Part shown: positions 60,225 to 62,027 of the stretch, one piece after another
How positions within the stretch are numbered: position 1 is the stretch's first letter
How the letters are laid out: every line of letters starts with the position of its first letter
Assembly (NCBI GenBank): GCA_001003475.1
Contig: LCPF01000005.1
Span: 5,486 to 67,512, forward strand
Direction of reading: 5' to 3'
Length of the DNA: 62,027 nt
DNA from: Candidatus Jorgensenbacteria bacterium GW2011_GWA1_48_11
GTDB lineage: Bacteria > Patescibacteriota > Minisyncoccia > UBA6257 > GWB1-50-10
The notes under the pieces: model-generated
Told to the model about the DNA's origin: nothing
Seen by the model: only the letters and a program-made list of their open reading frames with translations
Database searches by the model: none
Program-made: the position numbers and the translations under genes

Positions 60225-60284
60225 CTACGCTCTCCTTCTCTTCGTCGTTCTCTTTGCCTTCTTTGCTGTTTTTCTCTTCTTCAT
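60225..60284 (-). CDS. Possible 19-aa highly basic peptide
   Basis: MKKRKTAKKAKRTTKRRRA-TAG. A TATAAT lies ~60 nt upstream on the minus strand and the terminator is 15 nt downstream. No Shine-Dalgarno sequence is evident. Confidence 0.2.
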   Translation of the reverse strand: MKKRKTAKKAKRTTKRRRA

Positions 60285-60488
60285 AGGCAATATATTTTTT
60301 ATCATTGGGTTGCCGACCGCCCCAAACTTTCTATCTATTAATTGAATTATAGCATAAAGCTTTTACGGATTTTTAAAAAATCTGTGGATAACTTCTGGCG
60401 CGGATAAAAACCGAAAAATATTTTTGAAAAATTATTTTACCGGCGAGAAATTTTTGATCGGGAACGGGTAAGGAACAAACAAACCGGC

Positions 60489-61340
60489 TTATTTACTCGC
60501 GAAAACAGAGACGAATTTCAAAGGATTCACCGAAACCGTGCCGATTTTAACGGACAAATGAAGATGGGGCGCGGTCGCGAGACCGGTCTCGCCGACCCAA
60601 CCGATCAAACTTCCTTTCTGGAGAACGCTGCCGACTTTAACCTTAATGGCGTTCAAATGCAGATACAAAGAATAAATGCCTTCACCGTGATCAAGGACCA
60701 CGGTATTGCCGTAAACCCGATCCTCATAAGCCCTGATGACTTTGCCGCCGTTGATCGCCCAAACCGGAGCGCCGATGGGCGCGACAAAATCGACGCCCAG
60801 ATGCCGAACCATATTCCCGCCCGTGTTCCGGACCTCGCCGAAAACGCTCGCCAAGCGGCGATTATCGCTCAGGGGCAAACCAAAACTTTCGGTGAAATAA
60901 AGATGCGGCGTGCTTGAAGCGAAGGCGCTGTTCAGGACGGCGTTGCCCGAAGCCAAATTCGTCAAAAGCTCGTCGGGCGAAAGACCGACTTGTTTCGGAA
61001 TCGGCAAATTCACGACCGGCACCTTGACCTTGAGAACCCGCAGGATTTTCGCGAAACTTTGACCGTTCGTAAAATTGATCCGTAAATCGTAACTGCCCGG
61101 CGTCTGGCCCGCCCCGATCCCCAAAATCGAAACCAACGAATTTTTGTAAGTGAATATCGGCGCGTCGATATTGTTGAAGCTCACCGATTGTGGCCTCGAA
61201 TTATCATCCGGAAATTTCAGGAGAACAGTCTCGCCCTGACGCGGATTCAAATTGGAAATTATGACCGGCTGGCTTTGCCCAAAAGCCGGCTGAAAATTCA
61301 AAAAGGTAATCGCAAAAACCGAAATAATAATCCTCTTCAT
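60489..61340 (-). CDS. M23 family metallopeptidase (secreted)
   Basis: Signal-like MKRIIISVFAITFLNFQPAFG, plus HLGVDFVAPIGAPV and GETGLATAPHLHLSV. Confidence 0.88.
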   Translation of the reverse strand: MKRIIISVFAITFLNFQPAFGQSQPVIISNLNPRQGETVLLKFPDDNSRPQSVSFNNIDAPIFTYKNSLVSILGIGAGQTPGSYDLRINFTNGQSFAKILRVLKVKVPVVNLPIPKQVGLSPDELLTNLASGNAVLNSAFASSTPHLYFTESFGLPLSDNRRLASVFGEVRNTGGNMVRHLGVDFVAPIGAPVWAINGGKVIRAYEDRVYGNTVVLDHGEGIYSLYLHLNAIKVKVGSVLQKGSLIGWVGETGLATAPHLHLSVKIGTVSVNPLKFVSVFASK

Positions 61341-61368
61341 AAACTAATCATAGCAGAAAAACAGGCGA

Positions 61369-62027
61369 TCATTCAGTGACGGGGTGGCTGAGAAATTTTA
61401 TCTTCAAAGCTAAAAATGAATCTTCCTTGATCGCTCGGCGGATCTGGGCCATTAAATCGTTGAAAAAATAAACATTGTGGATCGTCGCCAAGCGGGCCGC
61501 CTCGGGATGCTTCGCTTTGAAAAGAAAGTGCAGTTCGCTCCGGCTGATATTTGCCGCGCAAACCGGGCAGCCGCAATCGTCCTCGATTCTGCCGTTGTCC
61601 TTTTGATATCGGCTCTTCGTGATTTCAAAACGGCCCAAGGCGGTCCAAAGAGCGGCATGCCGGGCTTCCCGGGTCGGCACCACACAATCGAAAGTATCGA
61701 TGCCCAGTTCCACGGCCTCAAAAATATCGTTTACCCGACCAATACCCAATAAATGCCTCGGCTTGTCCGAGGCGAGATAAGGCGTTGTCCAGCCGATCAC
61801 CCGAAACATTTCCGTCCGGGATTGGCCCAAAGAACCGCCGATCGCAAACCCGTCAAAGGGCAATCGACCTATAAATTCCGCGCTTTCCTCCCGCAAATCG
61901 CGGAAAGCGCCGCCTTGAATAATGCCGTAAAGCCGCTGATCAGACCTGGTTCTTGCCGTCAAACACCGTTTCGCCCATAAATGAGTGCGTTTCAGGGCTT
62001 TTTGTGTATACCCGTAATCATGCAAAG
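61369..62027 (-). CDS. tgt: tRNA-guanine transglycosylase (queuine tRNA-ribosyltransferase), C-terminal part
   Basis: GFAIGGSLG, LLGIGRVNDIFEAVELGIDTFDCVVPTREARH, and the zinc site CGCPVC...H. The N-terminus lies beyond the window end. Confidence 0.9.
   Translation of the reverse strand, partial: LHDYGYTQKALKRTHLWAKRCLTARTRSDQRLYGIIQGGAFRDLREESAEFIGRLPFDGFAIGGSLGQSRTEMFRVIGWTTPYLASDKPRHLLGIGRVNDIFEAVELGIDTFDCVVPTREARHAALWTALGRFEITKSRYQKDNGRIEDDCGCPVCAANISRSELHFLFKAKHPEAARLATIHNVYFFNDLMAQIRRAIKEDSFLALKIKFLSHPVTE

Noticed and set aside
60383-60391. A perfect DnaA box (TGTGGATAA, the reverse complement of TTATCCACA) in an AT-rich spacer could mark oriC.
   Set aside because: There is only one perfect box plus one 7/9 match (CGCGGATAA) nearby. 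No dnaA or dnaN is adjacent. A single box is expected by chance in a genome.
1-62027. An alternative genetic code is possible, since some CPR-related lineages read UGA as Gly, and there is an in-frame TAA at 24094.
   Set aside because: TGA, TAA and TAG each terminate conserved genes at the expected C-termini (P6 with TGA, rpsG with TAA, ATPase-1 with TAG). Conserved proteins contain no internal stops.

Overview
This 62-kb window comes from a bacterium using the standard code: TGA, TAA and TAG all end conserved genes. Gene content suggests a small-genome Candidate Phyla Radiation (Patescibacteria)-type organism, which is an inference. Supporting signs are compact operons, an AspRS without the GAD domain, ComEC, and soluble VirD4/TraD-like ATPases. 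Housekeeping blocks are rpsL-rpsG-fusA-tuf, rpmB, tRNA-Pro, metG, ndk, aspS, typA, obg, a DEAD-box helicase, comEC, mnmA, efp, secDF, an M23 peptidase and tgt. Two visibly AT-richer accessory blocks interrupt them. One (11.2-13.6 kb) holds a nucleotidyltransferase, a hydrolase and a methyltransferase. The other (24.4-32.1 kb) is an eight-gene glycan-type island. The standout is a ~24-kb minus-strand locus (32819-56585). It holds ten tandem, partly translationally coupled paralogs of a ~575-600-aa cysteine-rich multi-zinc-ribbon protein that I cannot assign to any family I know. cutA is embedded in the array. Two paralogous coupling-protein-like P-loop ATPases bracket it, and three membrane proteins accompany it. 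Other notable items: a ~155-bp hairpin (MITE-like) repeat sitting at gene stop codons; orphan diverged 5' fragments of fusA and mnmA; an EF-P lacking the modified-lysine loop; comEC split at an A-run; a small Cys-rich ORF with an in-frame TAA; and an unclassified ~120-nt structured RNA candidate upstream of metG. All calls come from reading the sequence and ORF track; no searches were run.
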